Shown here in pieces: positions 55,550 through 64,000 of a stretch of DNA of 64,000 bases. The notes beneath the pieces were generated by a model. It was given only the letters and a program-made list of their open reading frames with translations, was not told where the DNA came from and did not search any database. Each line of letters begins with the position of its first letter. The first letter of the stretch is position 1. Source of the DNA: a virus (Duplodnaviria > Caudoviricetes); IMG/VR virus record IMGVR_UViG_3300036975_000017, positions 4,499 to 68,498 of that record, one strand, 5' to 3'. Both the position numbers and the translations under genes were made by a program.

Positions 55550-55846
55550 ATGCCTAGATACGCCGCGCGCACCGACGCAAACCAAAACGAGATCGCGGCG
55601 GCGCTCATCCAAACCGGGTTTATCGTTTCGCTTACGTTCCGGCTTGGTGGCGGGTTTCCAGATATGGTCGTCACCGATCCGGCTACCCGCCGCGCGTATC
55701 TCGTCGAGGTCAAGGCGAACGCAAAGAGCAAGTTAACGAAAGCCGAAAAAGAGTTCGCCGAACGTTATGACTACGCGCTACCCTGGTTGCGCATTCATAG
55801 CGCTGAGGAATTTATTGAAGTGATGAATAAGGAGAGGACAAAATGA
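55550..55846 (+). CDS. VRR-NUC-like (PD-(D/E)xK) endonuclease/resolvase
   Basis: RTDANQ.EI..AL...GFPDMVV...LVEVK. Confidence 0.75.
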   Translation: MPRYAARTDANQNEIAAALIQTGFIVSLTFRLGGGFPDMVVTDPATRRAYLVEVKANAKSKLTKAEKEFAERYDYALPWLRIHSAEEFIEVMNKERTK

Positions 55847-56085
55847 ACGATCTACTTGCGAAAATTCGCCGACTCGTCACGCGGCACAACGTCGGCTATC
55901 GCCAATGTATCCTAGACTCGCTCGACAAAGTTGAGCGCGGTATACAGCGCCGGCGCGATAATATTCTAAGCGCCTTAGATGAAGCGGAGTTTAATCTCTG
56001 CGGACACGATGACCCGCACGTCAGCACAGATGAGATTAGCAACTGGCTTGAGGTGATTCGAGCGGTCGTGAAGGGAGAGGGGTAA
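55843..56085 (+). CDS. Hypothetical protein
   Basis: ATGA-coupled. Confidence 0.5.
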   Translation: MNDLLAKIRRLVTRHNVGYRQCILDSLDKVERGIQRRRDNILSALDEAEFNLCGHDDPHVSTDEISNWLEVIRAVVKGEG

Positions 56086-56089
56086 GTCA

Positions 56090-56404
56090 ATGTCTCAAAA
56101 GTTCCCGGACCTGGAAACCGCGCAGGGTATGTACGATGACCTGGCGCGTCGATTTGGTGAAATGTGCAACGATCTTTGGGGTTTGCTGGACCCAGACAAT
56201 CCCACGGGATGGCCCTATCCGGCGCTTGCTATCGGCGGCGTTATGGAAGACTTCGAAGAAATGAAGTCTCTGCTCAAAGAGTTTGTAGAAATGCCTGCCC
56301 ACGCATACAAGCGCGGACGCGAGGGGATGTGCTTACTTTGCCTTAGCGTAGAACACAAAGAAGATTGCATTTTTGCTCGTGCCAAGAAGCTTTTAGAGGA
56401 GTAA
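56090..56404 (+). CDS. Hypothetical protein
   Basis: C-terminal CLLC...H..DC. Confidence 0.5.
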   Translation: MSQKFPDLETAQGMYDDLARRFGEMCNDLWGLLDPDNPTGWPYPALAIGGVMEDFEEMKSLLKEFVEMPAHAYKRGREGMCLLCLSVEHKEDCIFARAKKLLEE

Positions 56405-56407
56405 GTC

Positions 56408-56668
56408 ATGTCAACACCAACAAAGCTAAACACGCAAACACTAGATTTCAAATGTCCGCACTGCGATGACGATCTGTCGGAGCAAGTTAAAAGTGCGGTA
56501 AACGGCGACGGCGTTTTTGAATGGTCCGAAACGGTTAGTTTTTCGTGCTCTCAGTGTGAAGACAGCGGCATCTATCGAGAGTTCGATATGCACATTGAAT
56601 TTATGCCGGTGCTTAAAAGCGCAGTGATTGTGGACGAACGAGAGCAGGCGTGCAACTTGACACCCTAA
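56408..56668 (+). CDS. Zn-ribbon protein
   Basis: CPHC...CSQC. Confidence 0.55.
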   Translation: MSTPTKLNTQTLDFKCPHCDDDLSEQVKSAVNGDGVFEWSETVSFSCSQCEDSGIYREFDMHIEFMPVLKSAVIVDEREQACNLTP

Positions 56669-56686
56669 CCCACCTCATGGTAAAAT
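56657..56686 (+). promoter_or_regulatory. Rightward promoter
   Basis: TTGACA-18 bp-TAAAAT with TG extension. Confidence 0.65.
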
Positions 56687-56692
56687 ACCTTT

Positions 56693-56842
56693 GCGCCGAG
56701 GAAAAGAAGGCGCGGGCTGTGGTAGGCCTAAGATGATGAAACAATCAATCCTGATGTCTTTTCAGGGTCTATGGTCATAGCTTCATCTGAGCAACTACCA
56801 CAGACCTGGACCTTGAAAAGAAATCGGGATTTTTTTATCCCT
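56693..56842 (+). ncRNA. Candidate structured leader/ncRNA
   Basis: 9-bp CTGTGGTAG/CTACCACAG stem enclosing three smaller helices. Confidence 0.45.
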
Positions 56843-56854
56843 ATGGAGTAAGCA

Positions 56855-57259
56855 ATGCAATGCAGAATATGCCACAGTGACGACGGAGAAAAAGACCTCA
56901 ATCAGCTTTGCAATAACTGCTATGGATTTCAACAAATGCTAAAGGCGCGCGGTACGACAATCGATGAATTGCACAATGAGTACCGACGTATAGGCGATGG
57001 ATTGCAGAAGTTGTGGCATGCTTCGGAATCCGCCGAACAAGAAATCAAGGGGCAGAATGAGCTATTACGTCAAACAGTTGACGATCTTAGGCAATCGCTC
57101 TTAGCGTATGAGATTACGCCAAATGGTTCCCTGGAAGCAATTGAAAAACTTATAGATGAAACGGTAGACGAACGAATCGCGCAAGCAAAGCAACGGATTG
57201 AAGAAGAAGCAATCAAAAAGATACGCTCGCCGAGCAAGCTCAAAAATTGGTGGGTGTAG
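56855..57259 (+). CDS. Hypothetical protein (Zn finger plus coiled coil)
   Basis: CRIC...CNNC. Confidence 0.55.
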   Translation: MQCRICHSDDGEKDLNQLCNNCYGFQQMLKARGTTIDELHNEYRRIGDGLQKLWHASESAEQEIKGQNELLRQTVDDLRQSLLAYEITPNGSLEAIEKLIDETVDERIAQAKQRIEEEAIKKIRSPSKLKNWWV

Positions 57260-57315
57260 GGACGGCACAGACCTTGAAGAAAGACCGGGATTTTTTTATC
57301 CCTTTGGAGATCACA

Positions 57316-57780
57316 ATGCCAGAACTTGTAGATTGGTACAGATGTCAATATTGCAGACGCTTTCACCGCGCCAGTGAAAAGGCGGTAGCAAAACACGAAC
57401 GTCACTGCTTTAAAAATCCGCGTCGCGTTCCATACATCGGTGAAGCTACGCAGTGGTGGCAGCTTATGAAGTTGCGTGGCTACTCGTTTGACTCTGACGG
57501 CGAGCCGTGGTTACACGCTGATAAAGAGCAGAAACTCCCGGCGTGGTGGCCGAGTTTAGGCGAAGATGGCGTCGGGTGTATTTGGGTTGGTGACAAGTGG
57601 GTTGAACACCCCGACTTTGACCGCGTGAAATATGAAGATTGGCGGCCAGAAGGCGATACACACGCCCGCGTTAATGTGTGCGGGTTAAACTATCCCGAGT
57701 GCAAGGTAGCTGAAAAAGAATATATCAAAAAGAATGTGCCGCTAGTGATCTTGCCCCATTCGGGTAAGGTGTTTGAATAA
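57316..57780 (+). CDS. Hypothetical protein
   Basis: YRCQYC...HERHC..NP. Confidence 0.55.
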   Translation: MPELVDWYRCQYCRRFHRASEKAVAKHERHCFKNPRRVPYIGEATQWWQLMKLRGYSFDSDGEPWLHADKEQKLPAWWPSLGEDGVGCIWVGDKWVEHPDFDRVKYEDWRPEGDTHARVNVCGLNYPECKVAEKEYIKKNVPLVILPHSGKVFE

Positions 57781-57794
57781 AAGGAGAATGAACG

Positions 57795-58133
57795 ATGCGA
57801 AAATGGATCGAAAGAATCTGCACATTTCTCGAAAATGATGCCGATAGCATAACTTATATACCCGACGCGAACATGGTGCGCATTTACAAGGGCCATCATC
57901 TTGACGAACTTTGTATTACGCTTGAGATTTTCAAGTGTGAGCAATACGGCTATGGAAAGCGTTTATACATCGGATACGAACCAGAAGAAGATCACACCGA
58001 ATATGAATATGGAACCTTTGCCGATATTGTGATCGATGATGCTACGCACGCCTTCAAAAAGGCCGTATATCAGGTAGAGCAAAAATACAAGGAGTTGGAT
58101 GATAAAGAGTGCCCGGCTGAAGTACCGTTCTAG
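57795..58133 (+). CDS. Hypothetical protein
   Basis: AAGGAG SD. Confidence 0.55.
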   Translation: MRKWIERICTFLENDADSITYIPDANMVRIYKGHHLDELCITLEIFKCEQYGYGKRLYIGYEPEEDHTEYEYGTFADIVIDDATHAFKKAVYQVEQKYKELDDKECPAEVPF

Positions 58134-58290
58134 TTCCTTCCACACTATCGCCGCCTCATGGTACAATGAACCGACACACAAAAAAAGAGCCGCGCTGGTG
58201 GGCGCGGCAGGCGGCGATAGAAATAATTGTGTCAAAGGCTCAAGAAAAGTATAGCACACGGTAAGAATATGTCAAATAGGAGTTTGGAAT

Positions 58291-58809
58291 ATGTTCTACG
58301 TTTTTATGTACCTAGCTGCAATTGTTGCCGCCAATCTGACCGTCGCCGCCTTCGGGCCTGACTGGTCGATTATCAATGCGTTTTTGTTCATCGGCTTGGA
58401 CCTCACCGCACGCGATAAGCTTCACGACCAATGGCAAGGCAATCTCGCGCGTAATATGTTTTTGTTGATCGCTTCCGGTGGCGCGCTGTCGGCACTTCTC
58501 AATATAAGCGCGTTACAAATTGCCGTTGCTTCAACCACCGCCTTCGTTTGTGCCGGCGTGGTCGATACTATCGTGTATCATATGATGAAAGACCGCGCGC
58601 GCCTCGTTCGGATAAATGGCAGTAACTTATTTAGCGCGGCGGCAGATAGTTTGATTTTTCCTATCCTCGCGTTCGGTTTCCCACCGCTGTGGGGGATCGT
58701 TACCGGGCAATTCATTGCTAAGGGTTGCGGCGGTTTTATATGGAGTATGGTGTTTTATGTTGCGACTGTCTTCGTGCGGCGCGGAAATCGTACAAAAAAT
58801 GATAGCTGA
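58291..58809 (+). CDS. VUT-family (YhhQ-like) queuosine-precursor transporter
   Basis: YLAAIVAANL, FLFIGLDLTARD, SN..SA.ADSLIF, QFIAK. Confidence 0.8.
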   Translation: MFYVFMYLAAIVAANLTVAAFGPDWSIINAFLFIGLDLTARDKLHDQWQGNLARNMFLLIASGGALSALLNISALQIAVASTTAFVCAGVVDTIVYHMMKDRARLVRINGSNLFSAAADSLIFPILAFGFPPLWGIVTGQFIAKGCGGFIWSMVFYVATVFVRRGNRTKNDS

Positions 58810-59398
58810 AAACCAAGAATATTGGGGCGCACTCATCACACCAACCTCACTAAAACAGCGCAATATCGAAACTTGTCATTTGTTCGGTTGCGATAACAAT
58901 CGCTTTAATCCGACCTATTCGGAAAAAAAGTTTTTAACAATGCTTGACTTCATCGAACCATACAATCACAAATGCAAATGGGTACTTGCGCCTGATATGG
59001 TGGGCGATGCCACCGGCACGCTTGCCGAGTTTCCAGAGTGGTACAAGATCATAGCGCCGCGTTACCCGGTGGCGCTTGCCGCTCAGAATGGTATGCAATC
59101 TGATGATATTCCCTGGGATAGCATCGCAGCATTATTCATTGGTGGCGATGATAAGTTTAAGGACGGCCCGGAAGCCGCCGCACTTGTTTTTGAGGCTAAG
59201 CGGCGCGGGAAGTGGGTACACATCGGGAGAGTTAATGGATGGCGTCGCGTGCTTATGTCTGCGAAGTTGGGCGCAGATAGCATAGACGGCACAAATGAAC
59301 ACTTCGCGCCAAACAAGTTTACTTCAAAATGGAACGCCTGGATGATGCAAGCGAACAATATCATAGACGGTACACAAATGATGTTGCCGGGGATTTGA
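58799..59398 (+). CDS. Putative TGT/DpdA-like (deazaguanine-related) protein
   Basis: CDN..F, APDMVGDA..TL, AQNG, LFIGG, HIGRVN, ADSIDGT; coupled to the VUT gene. Confidence 0.5.
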   Translation: MIAENQEYWGALITPTSLKQRNIETCHLFGCDNNRFNPTYSEKKFLTMLDFIEPYNHKCKWVLAPDMVGDATGTLAEFPEWYKIIAPRYPVALAAQNGMQSDDIPWDSIAALFIGGDDKFKDGPEAAALVFEAKRRGKWVHIGRVNGWRRVLMSAKLGADSIDGTNEHFAPNKFTSKWNAWMMQANNIIDGTQMMLPGI

Positions 59399-59552
59399 CT
59401 TGCTCTCTCTCACCCACGCGGTGTATACTTATCCTACACAAAAGAAAACGCCGCGTGGGAAGTTACGCGACGTTTTAGGGGCGGCGGGGTTGTTGACACC
59501 GTTGCCGTATTGTATCACATTGTAATTAGATAGCAAATAGGAGTTTTGAATA

Positions 59553-59858
59553 ATGTCAATCGTCGAAGACTATGACAACCTGTCAAGGCTAGAACACGCG
59601 ACACTTTATTCCAGGTCGATCACCAGTGGCTATGCGCTTCTGCGCAACGGTGAATTTACCCCCACACAAAGCTATAATGAATTCGTCGAAAGTGGTCTTT
59701 TGTCCCGACACGAGCGCAGCGTTTCAGACTTCACCGAAGCATACAAGTATAGATATGAACTAACCGAAGACGCGCGGGTATTCCTGGCGTATTGCGATGC
59801 CGAGGCAGCACACCAATATGAGGAACTTTGCGCGGCAGTTCTGCCGATTGAATATTAG
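59553..59858 (+). CDS. Hypothetical protein
   Basis: AGGAG SD. Confidence 0.55.
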   Translation: MSIVEDYDNLSRLEHATLYSRSITSGYALLRNGEFTPTQSYNEFVESGLLSRHERSVSDFTEAYKYRYELTEDARVFLAYCDAEAAHQYEELCAAVLPIEY

Positions 59859-59867
59859 GAGTAAGCC

Positions 59868-60329
59868 ATGTCAGATGAAATCAAGCGCGGCCTCGGATGG
59901 CCCGGTAAATTAGAACACATACACAATCGGGCACTTGCGCAGACCATCAAGCTTGTTTACGTTCACATCAATTGCAACGATCCCGATACCGGCAACTTTG
60001 CTGAAGAAATGAGTATGCTTCAAATCCTAGACACCATAGAGCTTGAAGGCGATGTTATAACGCCGCTTCCCATCGAGCTTGTCAACGGCTATCTAGTCTT
60101 AGGCGAAGATCACAAATATGTATTTTATGATCGTAGGCGCTGGGTTGGTAACTGGTGTTGGGATCGCTTCACTATGGACCATGAAGACGTTGTGATGTTG
60201 CTAGAAGACTTGGCGCTAGTTCACGGCTGGCAATGCATCGAAGCCCCACCGGAAGTCTTTGGGGTTTTTGAAAGTGAAGAAGGAATTCAGAGTGCTATCA
60301 CGCGCGCCATTTTTAATGCTGGAGAGTAA
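59868..60329 (+). CDS. Hypothetical protein
   Basis: DRRRWVGNWCWD motif. Confidence 0.6.
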   Translation: MSDEIKRGLGWPGKLEHIHNRALAQTIKLVYVHINCNDPDTGNFAEEMSMLQILDTIELEGDVITPLPIELVNGYLVLGEDHKYVFYDRRRWVGNWCWDRFTMDHEDVVMLLEDLALVHGWQCIEAPPEVFGVFESEEGIQSAITRAIFNAGE

Positions 60330-60332
60330 GTC

Positions 60333-60626
60333 ATGTCAGATCAAATCAAATCAGCCGCGCCTATGCTAAGTGCCGGCTTAACCGGCAACGAACCGGCCTT
60401 AAGTCAGTCCGAAAAGTGCCCGGTTTGCTGGCACACCGGAACGTTCTATTGTGTCGGCAGTCCCCCGGACAGAGAAAAAATCTGTAACTTTTGCCGCTTT
60501 TACCACAGGGTCGATTCTCCGGGGGACCCGCAAGGTTATATTGACTTTTTTCCAAACGAAGACATTGAATCGTGGCGCGCCGGGCAAGTATCGCCTGAGG
60601 CACATGATATAGTATACGGAGTTTAA
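60333..60626 (+). CDS. Hypothetical Zn-binding protein
   Basis: CPVC...CNFC. Confidence 0.5.
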   Translation: MSDQIKSAAPMLSAGLTGNEPALSQSEKCPVCWHTGTFYCVGSPPDREKICNFCRFYHRVDSPGDPQGYIDFFPNEDIESWRAGQVSPEAHDIVYGV

Positions 60627-60811
60627 AATGTCAACACCAACACCATAGTTGAGTTTGTTTTAGTCATTTTCACACTAAATGCCACCTGTAGTATAATTAC
60701 TTCGCACAAAGAAAAGGCCGGGCGGCAACCCGGCACGGCGGAAATGATACGATTGGCGGCGCGTCTTTAGTATAGCACGAGATAAGAATATCGCAAATAG
60801 GAGTTAGATCA

Positions 60812-61075
60812 ATGGACAAGCTTGAAGTCTTGATTCGTGGCAAGGTTGCACGCCACAGAGCAGATATCAATATGCTAGAAGCTGATTTTGAGGCAGCCCA
60901 AGATGATACGGCATACAAAGAATATCTGATTTGGTATCTTGAAAATGAGCATCATCATGGATGGAAAGCTCAATGGGGATCGAGGCAAACCTATAGGATG
61001 TTTTTAATAAAAAAAGAACAGGCGCGAATTGCAGAGCAGATGTTATCTAGTGGGGGCGGTGAGTCATGTCGGTAG
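60812..61075 (+). CDS. Hypothetical protein
   Basis: AGGAG SD. Confidence 0.5.
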   Translation: MDKLEVLIRGKVARHRADINMLEADFEAAQDDTAYKEYLIWYLENEHHHGWKAQWGSRQTYRMFLIKKEQARIAEQMLSSGGGESCR

Positions 61076-61857
61076 GAAAAAAATTACGTTTTGAGGTTTT
61101 TAAACGAGATAAATTTACGTGTCAATACTGCGGTAAATCTGCGCCAGACGTAACGCTACACTGCGATCATATTCAACCCATTTCAAAAGGTGGGATCGAC
61201 AATATCCTAAACCTTATTACAAGCTGCCAAGATTGTAATTTGGGAAAGGCGGACACCGAATTATCAGACGACACGATTGTAAAAAAGCAGCAGCGTCAGC
61301 TTCAAGAACTACAGGAACGACGCGAACAACTCGAAATGATGCTAGAGTGGCAGAAATCGCTTATTGATCTCGACCAACAAATCGTTGACCACGTTTGCGA
61401 TATTTGGTCTGAGTTAACAGGGTATGGACTATCGCACAGTGGAACGCAGAAAGTAAAGCGATGGATACGGCGCTTTCCGTTAAGTGATCTAATTGAGGCA
61501 CTGCGAATATCTACCGAGCAGTATTTACGCTATGATTCGGATGCTGATGATCCATCGTTGCCGACTTCCGAATCGGTGGAAAAGGCGTTTAGCTACACCC
61601 CGCGTATATGCTCAAATAGACAGAAAGACAAAGATAGGCCTCATATGAAAAACCTGTATTACATACGGGGAATTCTAAGAAACCGTCTGTCATACATCAA
61701 CGAGCACAAGGCATTAAAGCTTTTGGAAGATGCTTTTTCGGCGGGTTTTGAAATGAACGCGCTGAGCGACCTTGCAAAAGAGGTTAAAAACTGGACTGTG
61801 TTTAGAGAAACCTTAGAGCAATTCATTGCAGAAAACGGAGACGATCACAATGGGTAA
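61066..61857 (+). CDS. HNH endonuclease-domain protein
   Basis: RFEVFKRDKFTCQYCG...HCDHI.P.SKGG.....NL.TSC.DCNLGK. Confidence 0.85.
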   Translation: MSVGKKLRFEVFKRDKFTCQYCGKSAPDVTLHCDHIQPISKGGIDNILNLITSCQDCNLGKADTELSDDTIVKKQQRQLQELQERREQLEMMLEWQKSLIDLDQQIVDHVCDIWSELTGYGLSHSGTQKVKRWIRRFPLSDLIEALRISTEQYLRYDSDADDPSLPTSESVEKAFSYTPRICSNRQKDKDRPHMKNLYYIRGILRNRLSYINEHKALKLLEDAFSAGFEMNALSDLAKEVKNWTVFRETLEQFIAENGDDHNG

Positions 61858-63031
61858 AAAACTTTACTTCCCCACAGAGGAAGGTGGTATTCAGTTCAAA
61901 ACAGAGCGCCGTATCGGTGACGTGCGCATACCGAACTACATCTACGATTTATGGATGCCCTTGATTGGTTCAGACGCTATAGGTGTTTACGCGGTCTTTT
62001 GTCGTCTAGAACGATCCGGCGGTATCAAGGGTATAACGATGCAAGATATTGCAAATGCCTGTCGAATAGGGAAAGCAAAGCTTACAAGGCTTATGAAGAT
62101 ACTTGAGGGATGTGAATTCATTGAAACAAAAAAACCCACCGGGCAGGCACGCCTTTGGCATTATACAACAGAAATCACAGTAAAAGACCCGGCGCAAGAA
62201 ATCTCTAAAGAGGTCATTGAAGCCCACCAACCAACACGCGGATATGAACCATTGACACCCTGGCTTATTGATGAAGAATCCCCCGAAATACCAAATGGTA
62301 CGTCCGGCAGTACCAAACAGTCTTTTGACGAAGTACCAAATGGTACGTCTACTGTTGAATCTTCTATTTTGAATCCTCTATTAGTTGAAGGTAGCGCCGC
62401 TAGCGCGACGCCGCCCCAAGATGCCCAAGGTACCCTTGACGCCCAAGCTATCCTCGCAATGCCCACCGAGCAGGCAGCCCAAGCACTCTCCACAATGAAG
62501 GTTTCCCCCGCAAAGGCTATCATTGGTGAATTGTGCGCCACAGAGCACAGGGACCTGCTCGAAAGAGCGAAGGAACTAACGACAAAGAAGGGGACGGTGG
62601 CGGCAATCGAACGCAAGCTAAACGCGAATTACAATGAACTCAAGTACCTTGTTTTCTTTTTCAAGACAGACTATGCACCCGAAGATTGGATGAAGGCAAG
62701 CGGCAAGGCGCGCGGCTTTGCAATGGCGCTCGCTGAAAAGTTAGACGCTAACGGGGTTGAACCTGAATTGTTGCGCGAATGGTGGGCATGGTGGCGCAAG
62801 GTTCCTAGTCAGTGGAATTGGGACGGCAAGAAAAAACGCCCGGAAACCGAAGCACATATCTTAGACAGTTGGCCTGATTTCATAGATTATCATGAACGCT
62901 GGCAAGCCGCCCGCAAAGCTGAGCAGGAAAGTGCAGCGCCAGTGTTGCCGCCCGCGCCTGACGGCTTTGAAGTACCCGACGACCCTCAACAGGCTATGAG
63001 AGAAATACTTGGAATGGTGTCCAATGTTTGA
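61826..63031 (+). CDS. Replication initiator (lambda O-like)
   Basis: N-terminal wHTH, internal iteron-like repeats, upstream of the DnaB-like helicase. Confidence 0.7.
   Translation: MQKTETITMGKKLYFPTEEGGIQFKTERRIGDVRIPNYIYDLWMPLIGSDAIGVYAVFCRLERSGGIKGITMQDIANACRIGKAKLTRLMKILEGCEFIETKKPTGQARLWHYTTEITVKDPAQEISKEVIEAHQPTRGYEPLTPWLIDEESPEIPNGTSGSTKQSFDEVPNGTSTVESSILNPLLVEGSAASATPPQDAQGTLDAQAILAMPTEQAAQALSTMKVSPAKAIIGELCATEHRDLLERAKELTTKKGTVAAIERKLNANYNELKYLVFFFKTDYAPEDWMKASGKARGFAMALAEKLDANGVEPELLREWWAWWRKVPSQWNWDGKKKRPETEAHILDSWPDFIDYHERWQAARKAEQESAAPVLPPAPDGFEVPDDPQQAMREILGMVSNV
62285..62349 (+). repeat. Iteron-like repeats (candidate origin)
   Basis: GAA(A/G)TACCAAATGGTACGTC at 62285 and 62330, plus partial AGTACCAAA between. 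Confidence 0.65.
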
Positions 63032-64000
63032 TATTCCCGGACAAGTGCCCGAATTCGAGCAGGCGATTGTTGCCGCCTGCTTGCAAGACGAACGTGCCCG
63101 AGAACGCGCTTTCCACCTGTCGTCTGGCGATTTTGGCGATCCGCAGTTAGGGCAAATTTGGGAAGCGATACAAACGCTACACGGCAAAGGCGAAGGCGTT
63201 GACGCGCTGACGGTCTCTGCGCAACTGGAGCGGTGGGACAAGTTGAACGGTCTGGGCAATATGATTTCGGACTTAGCGAAGTCCAGCATTAATCCGGCAA
63301 GCGCAAAAACCTACGTGGGGCACATCTATCAGGCCGGTCTATGTCGAAGCACACTGGCGGCAGCAGGTGAACTTGGTACGTTGTCGGCGACCGGCCTAAA
63401 AATGAGTGAGGAAGAATACCGCAAGGCGTACAATGAGATTGTGCAAAGCGGACTACCGCCAACATTGAAAAGTGCCATTGAGCGCAGCAGCGTCGGCGTA
63501 CAACGCCTTATCGACGAGATGGAAAACCCGATAGGCGTCAAAAATCCGATCTATATCAAGTCGCCCAATGTAGCGGCAGCCGGCGGACTGGCGCGCATTC
63601 TGTACCCCGGTTATTTGACAACAGTCATCGGCGGCAGTGGTGATGGTAAAACAGCATGGATGACACAAGTCGCCGAGAACGCAGCAATGGACGGCGCAAC
63701 GGTCGTCATTGTAGACGGCGAGATTGCGCCCACCGAAGCCCACGCCCGACGCCTGCAACGCTACACCGGGATCGCTTCTGATAAGTTTTTGGAACAGGTA
63801 TACACTGGCCGGTCGGTTTTGACACCGGATGAATGGGCAACTATACGAGACATCAATCAAAAGCAACAACCCTGGCTTGAGCGGCTTCACTACCTTTATA
63901 CACCAAAGGCAAACCTTGACGTGTGGAGCGTGATCGATCAACTGCGCGAGCTGCATCGTGAAGAACCGATTAGTTTGATTGTTTTGGATTACATTCAGTT
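63024..64000 (+). CDS. dnaB: Replicative DNA helicase DnaB-like (runs off the window; absent from the ORF track)
   Basis: EQAIVAACL...VDALTV (N-domain), GGSGDGKT (Walker A), LIVLDYIQ (Walker B). Confidence 0.9.
   Translation, partial: MFDIPGQVPEFEQAIVAACLQDERARERAFHLSSGDFGDPQLGQIWEAIQTLHGKGEGVDALTVSAQLERWDKLNGLGNMISDLAKSSINPASAKTYVGHIYQAGLCRSTLAAAGELGTLSATGLKMSEEEYRKAYNEIVQSGLPPTLKSAIERSSVGVQRLIDEMENPIGVKNPIYIKSPNVAAAGGLARILYPGYLTTVIGGSGDGKTAWMTQVAENAAMDGATVVIVDGEIAPTEAHARRLQRYTGIASDKFLEQVYTGRSVLTPDEWATIRDINQKQQPWLERLHYLYTPKANLDVWSVIDQLRELHREEPISLIVLDYIQ

Noticed and set aside
1-64000. CRISPR array, integrase, transposase, reverse transcriptase/DGR
   Set aside because: No regularly spaced repeat-spacer array and no recognisable catalytic motifs were seen by eye.
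1-64000. Stop-codon reassignment
   Set aside because: Genes tile densely under the standard code, and TAA, TAG and TGA all end coupled genes.

Overview
The window is a large part of a tailed-phage genome with siphovirus-like architecture: HK97-fold head, G/GT tail chaperone frameshift and a 1094-aa tape measure protein. It starts inside or near a helicase-DNA methyltransferase fusion and ends inside a DnaB-like helicase. Order: DNA metabolism (MTase, HNH, ThyX); packaging (TerS, TerL); head (portal-MuF fusion, multidomain prohead protease, major capsid); an ~11-kb glycosyltransferase/methyltransferase cluster interleaved with orphan ORFs; neck, tail and receptor-binding genes; a membrane/lysis-like cassette without a recognisable endolysin; a leftward early region (ParM/ParR-like partition pair, tRNA-Thr-like gene, recombinase, hammerhead ribozyme); a divergent promoter switch; and a rightward early/replication region (HTH, LexA-like DBD, dCTP deaminase, VUT transporter plus TGT-like protein, HNH, initiator, DnaB). 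No integrase is visible, and the partition pair suggests a plasmid-like prophage (inference). A Chloroflexota-like host is suggested only indirectly. Most notable: a candidate virion-glycosylation system, two paralogous effector-associated-domain (EAD)-like proteins that may be defence decoys, a complete type II hammerhead ribozyme, three conserved convergent promoter/antisense-sRNA cassettes, and duplicated late-leader terminators. Family assignments come from motif recognition by eye; no database search was run.
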